Source: Lama guanicoe (Eukaryota). From it: DNA of 60,000 nt. The position numbers and the translations under genes are program-made. This document shows positions 1 through 12,440 of the stretch, in pieces (position 1 is the first letter of the stretch; each line of letters opens with the position of its first letter). The notes below the pieces were generated by a model. The model was not told the DNA's origin. It worked only from the letters and a program-made list of their open reading frames with translations, and made no database searches. The DNA lies in the NCBI GenBank assembly GCA_013239625.1, contig MU054338.1:6550724-6610723 (forward strand). The letters run 5' to 3'.

Positions 1-71
1 CTGTCGTGGTGCTTGATGTTTTTCTCTATCCTTCATAGTGGGTGATGGGATTTCCACTTCATTCTGCTTGT
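1..71 (-). CDS. PDE4A: PDE4A shared exon (end of UCR2/LR2), truncated by the window edge: (D)KQNEVEIPSPTMKDREKHQAPRQ...
   Basis: Manual translation of the reverse complement; acceptor ctgcag| at 77-72; phase 1 matches the upstream exon ending ...TTFL-G. Confidence 0.93.
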
Positions 72-769
72 CTGCAGAAGACAGAGGAGGGGCAAGCATG
101 AGTACCCCACAGAGGCTCCCTCATCTGGTCCTCAGGCTTCCCCCACACCCCCCACCCTCATGCCCTGAAAAGTCTCACCCAGGAGGGCAGACCTCTTCTG
201 GGTGTCACACTGTTGGTTATTCATGGAATGGAAACCAGAAGGAAGGTAGGAATTCTGGGAGGTGGTGGGCTGGAGTGGGGACCGGGGGGCCAGCCCGCAG
301 CTGTGGGGTAGCCCTAGTCCAGTCACCAGGTTTGACAGGGGGGTGGCGTGGGAAGTCAGGAAGCAGGTTGGGGCTGCTAGAGAGAGCCGCTGCCTGCCCT
401 GGATAGGCAGGGAAACTTTTCCAGCAGGGAAGACACCCCCATGGTGACTGAGAGTGCTGGTAGGGGTGGACAGCGCTGGGAGGTGGGAGGGAAGGGTGCT
501 CTCTGGCTCCATGGACCCCCACCCCCACCCCCTGGACACCAGCCTGCCTGGGGGCCAGCCCCAGGAGCCCTTTTCCTGAGCTCTTATGGGCTTCCAGAGC
601 CCAGCCAGGGCCACCCATTGTGACCTGGGGACCACCAGTCAAAGACAGGGCCTAACAGGGGTCATTTGCATGCTGTGCTCTTATTGGCTGGATCTCAGAA
701 CTCCAGAACACCACACCCCCGTGGGCGGGAGCATTTGAAACTCTGAAACCTTTCCAGCCTGGTTGGAGG

Positions 770-1490
770 GTATCCTGAATTTGGGGACCCACCTTTGGTG
801 ATAAATTACCCTGAGTTTGTGGGGGATATCCTCAGCTAGGGCTCTTGGGTTCAGAGGTTAAAATGAGTTGGAGGTCTCCATGAGCTTGAGAGTTCTAATG
901 AATTCGTCTTCAGGGTTCTACTAAGTTAGGAAATTCTCCTAAGTTTGGGGAATCACTTATAGGTTCTCAAGCTTGAGGATCCCATTAAGTTTGGGTATCT
1001 AAAGTTTAGGGGGGGTCTACTGAATTTGGGGGATCACATTAAGTTTGGCGATTCTATTGAATTTGGGAGACTTTTCAGCTCAAGGTTTTTTTAAAGGCTT
1101 GGGGGTCTTTTATGGGCTCTTAAGGGCAGGGGTTTCCTTAAGTTTGTTAACTCTACTGCATTTGGGCAGCTCTCTTGAGTTTGGGGGATCTTCTGAGTTT
1201 GGGGGAGCAAATCCAAATTTGGAGATTCTATTCAGTTTGAGGAGGCTTTTCAACCTGGAGGCATTTTAAAGTTACAGATTTCCATTTGAGTTTGGAGGTT
1301 TCCTGAGGTCTTGAGTTTCAGAGTTCCGATGGGATTCCACTGAGTTTGGAGCCTGGAGTTGGAGCTTTTCAGCTTGGAGAGATTTTTAAATGTGAGGGTT
1401 CTATAGAAGTTGAGGTCCCACTGAATTTGGGGGCACTAGGCATGTGGGAACTCTTGAGCACAGTGACTTTGACCTTTGGGAGTTGAGAGT
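770..1490 (+). repeat. Highly degenerate ~20-bp repeat tract (consensus near ctgagtttgggggatc)
   Basis: Many tgagtttgg / taagtttgg / tgaatttgg words at roughly regular spacing. Confidence 0.6.
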
Positions 1491-1593
1491 CAGGGTCCCT
1501 CCAGCGAATGTGAGCAACAGGACCCAGTATTTGGGGTGGACCCCTGCAGTCCAGGTATGCACCCCTCAACACAGACAGAAGTGCTGCCCTTCA

Positions 1594-1692
<99 letters not shown>

Positions 1693-3175
1693 CTAAAGTG
1701 AAGGAGGCAAGAAGGAAGGAAAAATGGGGTCATGGCAGGGGTGTGGGTGGGAAGTCAGTCCCTTCCAAGAAACTTCTGAAGACCCCGTGAATCTCTCCTC
1801 CATCTCTACTCAGCCAACAGAGCCCTCAGAAGGCTGCTAGAGGGGAGGGTCAGCTCTTCCTCTCCTCCCGGCTCTGGATGGGGGTCCCCAGGCTTGGGGA
1901 GTCAGAAACTCAGCATATCCTTCCCTGTCTGAGGAAGAGGGGCTCCTCTCACCATATTCCCCACTTCTCCACCCAAGGAGGAGCCAGAGGGGCACCTGTG
2001 GAAGGGAGGGGCTCCTGCCTAACAGGGAGCCAATGGGGAGTCAGGAGAATCCTGTCACCATGGTGATGGGAGTCTCCTTAGCAACTCTCCCTCCAACCAG
2101 CTGCTGAGCTGGGGAAAGGGGGGCAGGTCGCAGGCCCCTTAACCCCTGCCTTCCCAGAGCTACCCCTGGCCCAGGTCTTCCCAGACAGGGACCCCACTTC
2201 CTGGGGTCCTGGCACCCATCCCCCAGAGTGATTTGGAAGGAGGGAATGCAGTCTGGAAGTTCTGGGTGGAGAGGTCTGTCCGGAGCAGGAAGAATAGTGA
2301 GCTGAGGAAACCCTAGTTCAGTCACCCAGGGGAGGGGGGTTCCCATCATAGCCCCCACTCCCCCAACCTCAGAGGGGTGGAAAGATGCACAGATGAATGG
2401 AGTATACCCAGAACCAGGCTTAGGGGCTCCTCCAGGTCTCCCTATATCACTTCACACAAGCGTCTGCTGTGACATTGTACATGAGAAAGGGCATCAGCTC
2501 CCCGCCCCCAAGCTCCACCAAAGCACCCCCAAGGCAGGAGCAGACCCTGCCCAGAGAGGCAGGAGGGATGCTCAGCAGGAACGGTGAGCCCGAGTGCCTG
2601 GGGACCAGCACTCACTCCTCCCAGTGCTGCCAGAGGCCCTGGGTGCACATAAAGAGACACCCATACACACACAAGATGGACCCACAAAGTCACGCAATTG
2701 CACAGAGTCACAGACTCCCATGTAACACAGTTCTACACAGCCCGAGACACACAAATCAGGGAGCATACACAATAAGGCAGTCAGTGACACTCGGGGTCAC
2801 ATGCCCCAGAAAAATCACACAGCTCTGGGCTCATAAACATGGCCCAAAACAATCAGAGCCACATGATCTCAGCCAGAGCCACCAGGGCCACGCCACGACC
2901 CAGGCAAACAAGCATATGGTCAAGGCAGCCCCACACCACGGCAGACACACACGCATGTCCACTGACAATCACACTTGGGGAGAGACCCACACCCCCAGCC
3001 ACCCGCCATCCACGCCCAGTCCTGGGCCACACACATAGACACAATCACAAGGCTTCATCTCCAGGCCACACACGTGCACAGCTACACACACAAGCTCAGA
3101 CTGGGGGCTGGAGGGTCCGGGGTGGGAGAGCCAGGGCCAGGTCACCTGCCCATCCTCCACCCTGAGTTCCCCTAC

Positions 3176-3241
3176 CTGGTCCCACCAGCCCACCAGCCAC
3201 GGCTTGGAGCAGGTCTCGCAGAAGAAATCCACCAAGGGCAT
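3176..3241 (-). CDS. PDE4A: PDE4A1 (super-short isoform) unique first coding exon MPLVDFFCETCSKPWLVGWWDQ, the membrane-targeting N-terminus
   Basis: Start of ORF 2969..3241; 22 codons ending CAG|gtagg, phase 0, splices onto the FKRMLN exon; recognisable PDE4A1 sequence with the WW pair. Confidence 0.96.
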
Positions 3242-4162
3242 CTTGGAGTCTTAGCCCCGCTCAGGGCTGCCGCACACAGAAGCTGGGCTTGGGGAGTCCG
3301 GGGGTTAGCAGCTACCGTGGGGGCGGATGCTGGGCAGTGGAAAGGGGAGCCGCGGAGGGGCCTGGGCCAGCCCAGCAGGGCTGGGGGCTCCCTTCCCCTC
3401 CGCGCTCCCAGCAGCAGCCCTGGTTACATGATCCGCCAGCCCCTGGCCCTGATGGGCCTCCCCGCAGCTGCTGTGGTGGCTGGAGGCGGCCGGGGACCCC
3501 TGCCCATGGAGGGGGCAGGGCGAGGGTCCCTGGAGGAGGCTTCCGAGGCTCTGGGCTCTGTGTGTTCGCCTGTGTGCGTGCGTGTGCGCGCTCACTGCAG
3601 CACTGGCAGGCTGCATGCGATGTCAGGTGGTGCCGGGCGTTGGGGGGGGGCGTTAAAGGGGCATTGGAGCCCACGGGCCTCAGGCAGGACCCAGGTGGGG
3701 TTGCCGGGGATGGGCAGGGAGGCACACACACACACCCCCTAGAGAGGATGTTCCCTCTCCATAGACACACCCAGAAACAAAGACACACACCCACATGGTC
3801 CACACACACTCAGACACACCTTCCACACCAATATAGCCAGACACTTGACACATTCACAGCCTTGAACACACACAGACACCAAAATGCTTTCAGTCCTACA
3901 CTGACCACACACACACAGAGTTACAACTCTGATGGCAACATGTTTATAGGTATACAGTTGAGAACACAGAGATACAAATGCCTTCTGACACACCCCTTCC
4001 AAGAACACAGACTCATACCCAGATATGGAGACACACACTAAGGGCCAAATACTCATCCTGGACACACAGACACACTCAACATATTCACAGACACACTTGC
4101 AAACAAACACAAATACCCATGTGGCCTTAGACACAAATGTGCCCTGACAAATCCATAAGGGA

Positions 4163-4304
4163 GGAGGGAGGGTCTAGCTCAGCATGCATGAGGTCCTGGG
4201 TTCAATCCCCAGTACCTTCATTAAAATAAGTAAGTAAGTGAATAAACCTAATTACCTCCCCCTGAAAACAAAATCAATCAATCAATCAATCAAATATTTA
4301 AACA
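4163..4304 (+). mobile_element. tRNA-derived camelid-type SINE with a 14-bp TSD (aaatccataaggga at 4149-4162 and 4305-4318)
   Basis: Head ggtctagctc...gaggtcctgggttcaatcccc (B box), A-rich tail, TSD. Confidence 0.85.
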
Positions 4305-5267
4305 AAATCCATAAGGGAATATGCACAAACCCACAGACACACACACACACACACACACACATCATCCCAGAAATACACCTGCAGACCTACATTCAGAGAA
4401 ACAGTCACATTCTCAGATGCTCAACACACCCTGAGGGACACAATCGCCCTCAGACTCGAATGTTCCCAGACTCCCAGACAAACCTCCACCCACAGGCGTA
4501 TGCACCCCCCACAACACAGACACTCCCACCTGCACATTCATTTCCTGATAGGCATCCTCCCACAAGGGCTGGTGTAACGCTGCACAACTCCAGGAAGCGT
4601 CGTTCACATTGTCTGCTTTCTGAACGGTACCCCCTGGAGTTGTTCAGTGCACAGCCTGCACAGCTGTACTTAGAAGCTTTGCACCCTCCCCTGAAACCCT
4701 GCAAGCACACACACACACTCACAAACACATGGAGATACATACCCAGATTCACACCTAGACCAATTCACACCTCTAGACATACGCAGCCCTCCAGCACAGC
4801 CCCATACACTTACAGCCCCGCATAATTGCCTGTACACACCCATATACTCTCCACAGATACACATGTACATGCTGCTCCTAACGGCTCTTCCCAGAACCCG
4901 ACCCGTGCTGCAAATGTGTAGCCAACAAATCAACAGTCACACAAACCCATAGCCACAGATACACACTTATAGACCATACAAACATACAACCACGCCCTCC
5001 AAGAGAGATGGTCGCCTGCGAAAAAATGTACAACCAGACAGACACACACACACACACACAAACACACAAACTAGGCTCCTCCAGCCCTGGGAGAAGTCAT
5101 AATCTATAGGAGCTACAAGTCCTCAAACTGCCACCCAGGGAATGGCCCCATCGCATATGCTCTATGCCCAGGTTGACCCCGCCCACCAGCCACGCCCCAC
5201 AGTCAACCCTGTCCCCAGAACCCCTCCGCCTCCAAGCCGTTGGCCCCACCCCGCAGGCCTTGCACAC

Positions 5268-5380
5268 CTTGTGGGACGCCATCTCGCTGACGGAGCGGTA
5301 AGTCTGCATGGTCTCCAGCTGCTCCAAACACCAGTCCAGTTCCTCCAACGTCTCTCGGGCCAACTGCTGACACGTCTCCT
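5268..5380 (-). CDS. PDE4A: PDE4A shared exon (UCR2 N-terminal half), 113 nt: (E)[37 protein letters not shown]
   Basis: Embedded in ORF 5097..5501; acceptor ttttccag|, donor AAG|gtgtgc. Confidence 0.97.
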
Positions 5381-5536
5381 CTGGAAAAGGGGCAGCGGGA
5401 CAGTGATTGGGAGGGTTCACCTGCAGACCCCCAGAGGTGATGGGGCCCGCCAGGGGAGTAGGGTGCTTGGAAAGGGGATGGGACCCCCACTGGGGCAGCA
5501 AGAGGGCCCTTTTCCAACCCCCCTGGGCTTGGTTAC

Positions 5537-5586
5537 CTGACAGTGTGGCCTTGCAGACGGGGGTTGGGCCACCCAGCGGGGAACGC
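5537..5586 (-). CDS. PDE4A: PDE4A shared exon (LR1), 50 nt: (K)[16 protein letters not shown](E)
   Basis: Acceptor tttacag|, donor CAG|gtaacc; phases fit both neighbours. Confidence 0.95.
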
Positions 5587-6403
5587 CTGTAAAGAAAGGG
5601 GCTCCAACATCAGCCTGAGCTCCCCCATCTCCATCCCTACCTTCCTCTCTCCATGAAAAGTGCTCGTTTTCCTTTTTCGGAGCACTCACTGTGACCCAGG
5701 CATGTTGCCATGTATGCTGCCCATAGCCTCTCACAGAGCCCCACAGCCCATTTTACGGATGAGGAAACTGAGGCCCAAGGACTTCAAGGCTTCCTCAAGA
5801 CTATGCGGCTGGTCAGCGGTAGGGTCAGGTCCTATGTCTCCAAATTCTCTGCTTCCCCGACCATCCCTCCTCCCAGCTCCTTGAACCTGAGGATGGCTCA
5901 GCCCCCCACTCCCAGAGGGACCAGCAGTGCTCAGCTGCACCCCTGCCTGCAAATAATAAGAACTACTTCTATTTAGTGACCTCTTACACGTGCTGCACAG
6001 TGTTCTAGCACTTTCTATAGCTCATCTTTTGAACTCCTTACGGCAGCTATCCCATGGAGAAACTATTAAATTCCCACATTACGGAAGGGGAATAGAGGCA
6101 CCACAGGAAGCTATTTGTCCCAGCAAGTTGGCATCAGGGCCAAGAGTGGCCCAGAGGCTGGGGTGCCTGGCTACCCATGGCCTGACCACTACGTGTCCAG
6201 ACCCCTCTATCTGTATGTATAAAAGTTTTCATGTCACAGGTATTTGAATCGCAAGGGTTTACTGGCTCAGAGTGAGCTGTCGCTTGAACAGAGACTCAGA
6301 GAGGTCAAGTGGCTGCCTGCCTGAGGTCACCTGGCAGCGCAGAGTTGGGCCCAGGTGTGCTGAGCCTCATGATCACAGACACTGGGGCCCAGCCTCCACT
6401 CAC

Positions 6404-6474
6404 TTGTTGGTGGGAATGGGCACATTGGTCAGGAGCGAGAAGTTGCTGCGAACGCTCCGGAGACTCGCCAGCAC
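6404..6474 (-). CDS. PDE4A: PDE4A shared exon (end of UCR1), 71 nt: VLASLRSVRSNFSLLTNVPIPTN(K)
   Basis: Acceptor cccag|, donor |gtgagt; PDE4 VLASLRSVR motif. Confidence 0.96.
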
Positions 6475-6595
6475 CTGGGTCGGGGAGCAGCAGTGAGGAG
6501 AGGGGTCCACGCAGAGGGACAGCTGGGGCTGGGCCCCTGTCCCCAAGCATGGGGGAGGGTTGGAGACCCATCCCTCCTTAAGGTTGGGGTCTTAC

Positions 6596-6632
6596 CTGGG
6601 CAAACGGCGTCACAATGAGGTCCTCTGCATGC
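6596..6632 (-). CDS. PDE4A: PDE4A shared exon (UCR1), 37 nt: (A)HAEDLIVTPFAQ
   Basis: Acceptor ttgcag|, donor CAG|gtaag; conserved PDE4 IVTPFAQ motif. Confidence 0.96.
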
Positions 6633-7558
6633 CTGCAAGGACAGGGGCAGGTCAGGGGTCCTCACAGTGGGACCCCCGAGGGTCTGGGCTGGAGAGGGGC
6701 TAGGGTGTCAGCTAAACAAGTTTCTAGGGTGGTCACTCTGCAGAGGCTGGGCCCTGGGTGGCTGATGGGCAGGAAGGGGGCTCTGTGGGGAGGGGAGAGG
6801 GCACTTACACCTCACAAGGGTGGCCACGCTGCAGGGGCCGGTCCTGAAGGAAATGGTGGTTAGGGAGGGGAGCTCAGGGGGGTAGGTGGGGTGGGGAGGA
6901 TGGGTACAGAGACAAAAGGAGGGCAGTGAACACACTACAGGGCTCGGTTGGTGGGGGCAGTGGGTAGGGAGGGGGGAGGAGGGCTGGAAGGAGCTGGGGG
7001 AAGGTGAGATGGATACCTCCAGGGCTCACAGCTAAGTCTGGGCTGGAGGAGTCAGTAAGAGGGAAGGGGGCACAACAGGTCTTGGGGGTGCTCATACCTC
7101 AACAGGTGGTCATGCTAAGAGGGGGCTGGCTTAGGGAAGCCTGGAGTGGGGAAGTGGGAGGGGGCTCAGCCATGGTGGACACTCTGGGGGTGAAACAGTG
7201 GCAGGGAGGGGCTCAAGTTGGGTTCCCTCTTTGCTGGAGGGACAGGCTGAGGTGAGGCCAGGCCCCCAACACCACTGGGTAGGAGTGGGCTTGGGCAGGT
7301 TGGGTAGGGGCTGGGCCTGAGGGAGAGGCTCAGTGCAGCCAAGTAGGGGCAGAGATAGGGTGGGCACTTGTACCTCACTGGGTGGATCTGCTATAAAGGG
7401 ACCAAGTCCTTGACTGGGAATTAGGGTCTATTTACTTTTCACTGGGGAGGGCAGGTGGCAGGGGAACTCAGGCAGTGCACCCACTCCTTGCTGGGAAGGG
7501 CAGCTTGTGCTGGGGCCAGGCCTGGAAGAGCTGGCAGGTAGGGACAGGGGGTGCTCAC

Positions 7559-7750
7559 GCCTCGCTGGTGACCGACGAGTTCCGGGACATGGTCTTGGGT
7601 GACATGTCATAGTCGCTGTCTGAGCGGTAGAGGAAGGACTCTCGGCGCTGGCTGGTGGCCACCCCGGCATGCAGCACGAGGCCCGGGCTCGCCTGCGAGT
7701 CCAGGGGGCTGCGGCCTGGAGATGGCGTCGGCCCATTCTCCGCCTCGAAG
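7559..7750 (-). CDS. PDE4A: PDE4A first shared long-form exon, 192 nt: [63 protein letters not shown](A), including the PKA site RRES
   Basis: Acceptor ctttcag|C TTC GAG (phase 2), donor |gtgagc; UCR1 [12 protein letters not shown] signature. Confidence 0.97.
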
Positions 7751-8249
7751 CTGAAAGGGGTGGGTGGGAAGAGGGGTCAGGGGGGCTGAGATAACGCTGG
7801 GGGGCAGGTCGAGAGGAATAAGGGGACCAAGGAAATTCCTAGCAGAGATAGAGAACATTAAAGACTGACAGACAGCCCCAAAGAGACAGCAGACAGGGAG
7901 TTTACAGAGATCAGTTACTGAGCACCTCTGTGTACCAGGCCCTGCTGCAGAAGCTGGGGACACAGCAGTGACAAATCTGCCCCTCACAGAGATGACATGG
8001 GGAGGACTGGACATAAACAGGTTAACCTAGCAGCAATGCACACCCCAAAAGTTGTGGGGTCTTCCTTGGCTCTACCCTTTCCTTTGAACCTCAAGTCAAC
8101 CTCGTTGCCCAAATCGATTCAGAATCTGCCCACCTCTCACCACTTCCTTGGCCAGTGCCCCCTCATCACTTGCCTGGGCCAATGTATTTGCCCCTGTTCT
8201 GGTCCCCAGCTCCAGTCTTTGCCCCTCAGTCTGCTCCCCAACAGTGGCC

Positions 8250-9130
8250 AGAGGAAGCCTGTGAACACCTGAGTCAGGTCACATCCCTTCTCTGCTCAGA
8301 ACCTTCTATGACTCCTAGCTCGCTCAGAGCAAAAGCCAAAGTCCTCACTGTGGCCCACAAGGTCCTGCCCCATGACCTCCCACTCTACCCTTTACTCACT
8401 CTGCTCCAACCATAATGGCCACCTTGCTGTTCCCTAAACAGTCCAGATATATTCCTGCCTCAGGGCCTTTGCACGGGCTATTTCCCTTGCCCAGATCTCC
8501 AATGGCTCCTCTTTCATCTCCTTCAGGACTCCTCTCAAATGTTGCCTCCTCAGGAAGGCCTCCCCTGACCAACTCATCTAAAATTTCTGTCTCTCACCTA
8601 GTATTTCTCATTTCCCTTCCTTAAAATAAATACTACTTACCTGACACGTTCTATATTTTACTTCTTCACTATTTGTCTTCCTTTCTAGAAGTAAGCTCTG
8701 CAGAGTACAGATTTTTGTCTGCTGTGTTCACTGCTGTATCCTTTGGGCCAAGAATATGGCCTGGCATGCAGTGGATGCCCAATAAATGTTTATGGCATGA
8801 ATCAATGTATGAATGAATAAATGAATCAATCAATATATGGTCTGGATTGTGCCATGCAGAGAATTAAAAGTAGGTGGGTGAGAGCAAGTTATTGGAGAGG
8901 TGATTATAGCTGTTGTAGTTAGGGCAGGCCTCTCTGAGGAGGTGACATCTGAGCAGGGCCTGAAAGAGAAGGAGCAGGCCACAGATCAGGAGGAGTGAGA
9001 AAGCACTCCAGGGTAAGAGAACAGCAAGTGCAAAGGCCCTGTGGCAGGATTTGGTTTTTGTTTGAGGACCAGCAAGGAAACTGGTGGGGCTGGAGAGGAC
9101 ATACAGATGACAGAGACACAGCCACACAGT
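8250..9130. mobile_element. L2 relics (similar L2/MIR fragments at about 21.3-21.9, 31.0-31.7, 32.2-33.1, 41.4-42.8 and 58.95-59.5 kb)
   Basis: cctgcctcagggcctttgcac, tgaatgaataaatgaat, gagaacagcaagtgcaaaggccctg. Confidence 0.7.
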
Positions 9131-10149
9131 GGATACAGCAGGACCCTAGGCTGTTGGCACTGGCAAGACAGACTCTCAGGATTGAGGCAGGGAGAAGCTG
9201 GCTGCACCACTTTCCAGTTGTGTGGCTTGGGGGAAAGACCGAATTTCAGTTTCCTCATCTACAAAATGGGGATAATCACCACCTGCCTCAGGTCATCCAG
9301 GTGACCAGCGTCCACACAGATAAAATAAAATGCTCAGAATGGTGCCTAAAAACATTGAAGAAGCAAACAGTGAAGAAGTAAAATATAGAATGTGTCAGGT
9401 AAGTTGTATTTATTTTAATGAAGCTCAAAAAACATTGGCAATTGTAAGTCTATCAGGCTCATATACGCCACTTGGGGAGTGAACTCAGCAGGGCAATTGA
9501 TATGGAGAATTGAGGATGAGAGTGGAGAGCTGTGTGCCTGCCACCTGCTGTGTGGCCTAGGGAGAGCCACTGCCTTCTCTGGTCTGTTACTCTGTTAAAG
9601 TAAGGGGGTTAGACTGGCCAGCAGACTTCAGGCTATGCTCTGGTGGGTGCAAGGGACTAGGGGAAGAAGCAGAATCCTGCCCCCCTTTCTGGTCCTACAT
9701 GCTGAATGTCAGCATAAGATTTTATTTGAACGTTCCCTCTGCTGAGAAATAAGTTTGAACTCTCCTAGACCAGGATAGAGATACCAGCTTCCATATATTG
9801 AGCCTTATTTCTGGGCCAGTCCTGGGGTTGGGGAATGGGGAAGGATTTCATTGACTCCATCTTACAGATGAAGAAACTAAGGTCAGAGAGGAGAATGATT
9901 AGCTCTGGGTCACACAGCCAGGTCATGGTGGGGTCAGAATTTGAACCCAAGTCCTGTGATTCCTCAGACCAAAATGTTAACTGCTGCCCTCTGCTGACCT
10001 GACCACTCTCAGAGCACATTTCTCCCATTAGAGCAAATGTTCCCAGAGGCTGGGGACCCTGAGCAACCAGATACTCCAATTTTAGGAAGGAAACCAGATA
10101 TCTTAAGTAGTCAAAAATTCAAACTTCTTCTAAAAACAAACTTAAAAAA

Positions 10150-10888
10150 AATTTAAAAACACTGAAAAACTTTGCTCTGCACAAGACACTGTCAAGAGAA
10201 TAAGGGCTCCTTCCCCAAAAATAGAAAGAAAAAGAAAAAGAAAAAGAAAACAACAACAACAACAACAAATAGAATAAAAAGCCAAGCTACAGACTGGGAG
10301 AAAATATATTACAAAAACTTGCATCCAGAATATATAATGAATGCTGAAAACTCAACAATAAAAAGGCAAACAACTCAATTAAAAAATGAGCGAAAAGTAT
10401 GAACAGTTCACCAAACAAGATATATAGATGGCAAATAAGCACAAGAAACATCAACCTTAGGGAAATGCAAATTAAAATCATGAACTATCACTTCATACCT
10501 ACTAGGATGCTTCACAAACAAACAAAAATTGACAATAAAACCAAATGGGGACAGATTCCGAGCTACTGGAACTCCCATTCATTGCTGATGGGAATGCCAA
10601 ATAGTGCAGTCACTCTCGAAGACAGTTGTTCCGTTTCTTATGAAATTAAATGTACACTTATTGGACGATCCAACAAATCCACTCCTATGTATTTATCCAA
10701 GAAAAATGAAAATATATGTCCACTCAAAAACCTGCCTACTAATGTTTAAAGCAGTTCTGTTCATATTTACCAAAAATTAGAAACAACCAAACCAAATGTG
10801 CATCAACTGGAGAATGGATAAATAAATAAATTGTAGCAGATCCCTGCCATGGAATACTATTAAGCAATTAAAAAAAACCCAAACGAAC
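10150..10888 (+). mobile_element. Old L1 3' region (L1MC-like); resumes at about 12340-12440 and 14267-14320
   Basis: Degenerate L1 ORF2-end/3' UTR text (gccaagctacagactgggagaaaata..., gaaatgcaaattaaa, ggaatactat). Confidence 0.75.
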
Positions 10889-10890
10889 TA

Positions 10891-11383
10891 CAGATCTTCC
10901 TTGACTTATGATAGGGTTATGTCCTGAAAAATACATCGTAAATTGAAACTATCAACAGCGAAATGCATTTAATACACCTAACCTACTGACCATCATAGCT
11001 TAGCCTCGCCTACCTTAAACGTGCTCAGAACCCTTACATTAGCCTACAGCTGGGCAAATCACCTCACACAAAGCCTTTTTATAATCAACTGCTGAATATG
11101 TCATGTAATTTATTGGATACTGTACTGAAACAGAAAAACAGAATGGTTGTCTGGGTCCAGAATGGTTGTAAGTGTCTGTCAATTGTTTACCATCCTGATT
11201 GCTGGCTGACTGGGAGCTGCAGTTCACTGCCGCGGCCCAGCATCTCGAAAGAGAATCAGACCACGTGCTACTAACCTGGGAAAATATCAAAACTGGAAGC
11301 ATGATTTCTACTGAATGGGTATCGCTTCCACATCACTGTAAAGTTGAAAAATCCTAAGTCGAACTATTGTAAGTCAGGGACCA
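10891..11383 (+). mobile_element. Tigger-family non-autonomous DNA transposon (MER47/Tigger5-like)
   Basis: Begins CAGATCTTCCTTGACTTATGAT after TA; ends ATTGTAAGTCAGGGACCA (degenerate TIR). Confidence 0.75.
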
Positions 11384-11390
11384 CAAGTGC

Positions 11391-12335
11391 TGTGTAATGA
11401 TAAACATACGTATTTGGTCTCAGCTCTGGTCTCCTGGCACACAGTTCCTAAATTCCTGGGAATCTTCTCCACAGTAAAAAGTATCTTTTTTGTATGCTAA
11501 TGAAGTGATGCCCCCTAGGATCTCCTGGACAGCCGCTGGATGAGGGCTGGATGCCAGGGGAGCCAACCACTTGATTAGAGGGGTTGGAATTTTCAGGGAC
11601 AGGGACTGCAGGTTGAGTTAATCACCAATGGAATGGCCAATGATTTAGTCATTTGAGGCTGCATAATGAAACCTCCATCAAAATTCCTGAATGACAGGGT
11701 TTGGAGAACTTCCAGGTTGCTGGACACATCTAGGTGCTGGGAGGGTGGTGCACCTGGGGAAGCGCCATGTCCCTCTCCTTAGATTTTTTCTACCTATCCC
11801 TTCCATCTGGCTGTTCCTGAGCTTTATCTTTTAAAACAAACCGAGGGGAGGGTATAGCTCAAGTGGTAGAGTGCAAGGTTAGCATGCATGAGGTCCTGGG
11901 TTCAATTCCCTGTATCTTCTCTAAAAATAAATAAACAAACAAACCTAATTAACCCTCCCCCCCAAAAAAATCCCTAAAAATAAATAAAATAAACCAGCAA
12001 TCTAGTAAGTAGTAACTGGTTTCCTAAGTCCTGTGAACCATTCTAGCAAATTATCGGACTCAAGGAGGAGGGGGTCTTGGGTACCTCTGATTTATAGCTG
12101 GTTACTTAGAAGCACAGGTGACAACCTGAACTTGATATTGACACCTAAAGTGGGAGAAGTCTTGTGGGACTGAGCCCTTAACCTGTGGGATCTGCGCTAA
12201 TTCTGGTTAGTGTCAGAATTAAATTGTAGTTCACCCAATTGATCTTTGTAGAGAACTGGAGAATTGGTTGGTGTGGGGAAAAAAATGCATATTTGGTGTC
12301 AGAAGTTTTCTGCAAGAGTAGAAAGAAATGGTCTC
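11391..12335 (+). mobile_element. MER21-like LTR relic containing a SINE at 11843-11985
   Basis: gtcttgtgggactgagcccttaacctgtggga and tttggtgtcagaagt motifs; SINE with aaaa(c/t)aaacc TSD. Confidence 0.7.
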
Positions 12336-12440
12336 CTTTTTAACTACTGATACACAAAACAATTTGGATGAGTCTCAAATAAATTTTGCTAAGAGAAAGA
12401 AACCAGTGGTGGGGATTACATGTGTCAAAACTCAGAACTG

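Noticed and set aside
2469..4825. His/Thr-rich and Cys/Val-rich ORFs (also 15356..16225 and 27090..27818)
   Set aside because: Translation artefacts of CA/TG low-complexity tracts
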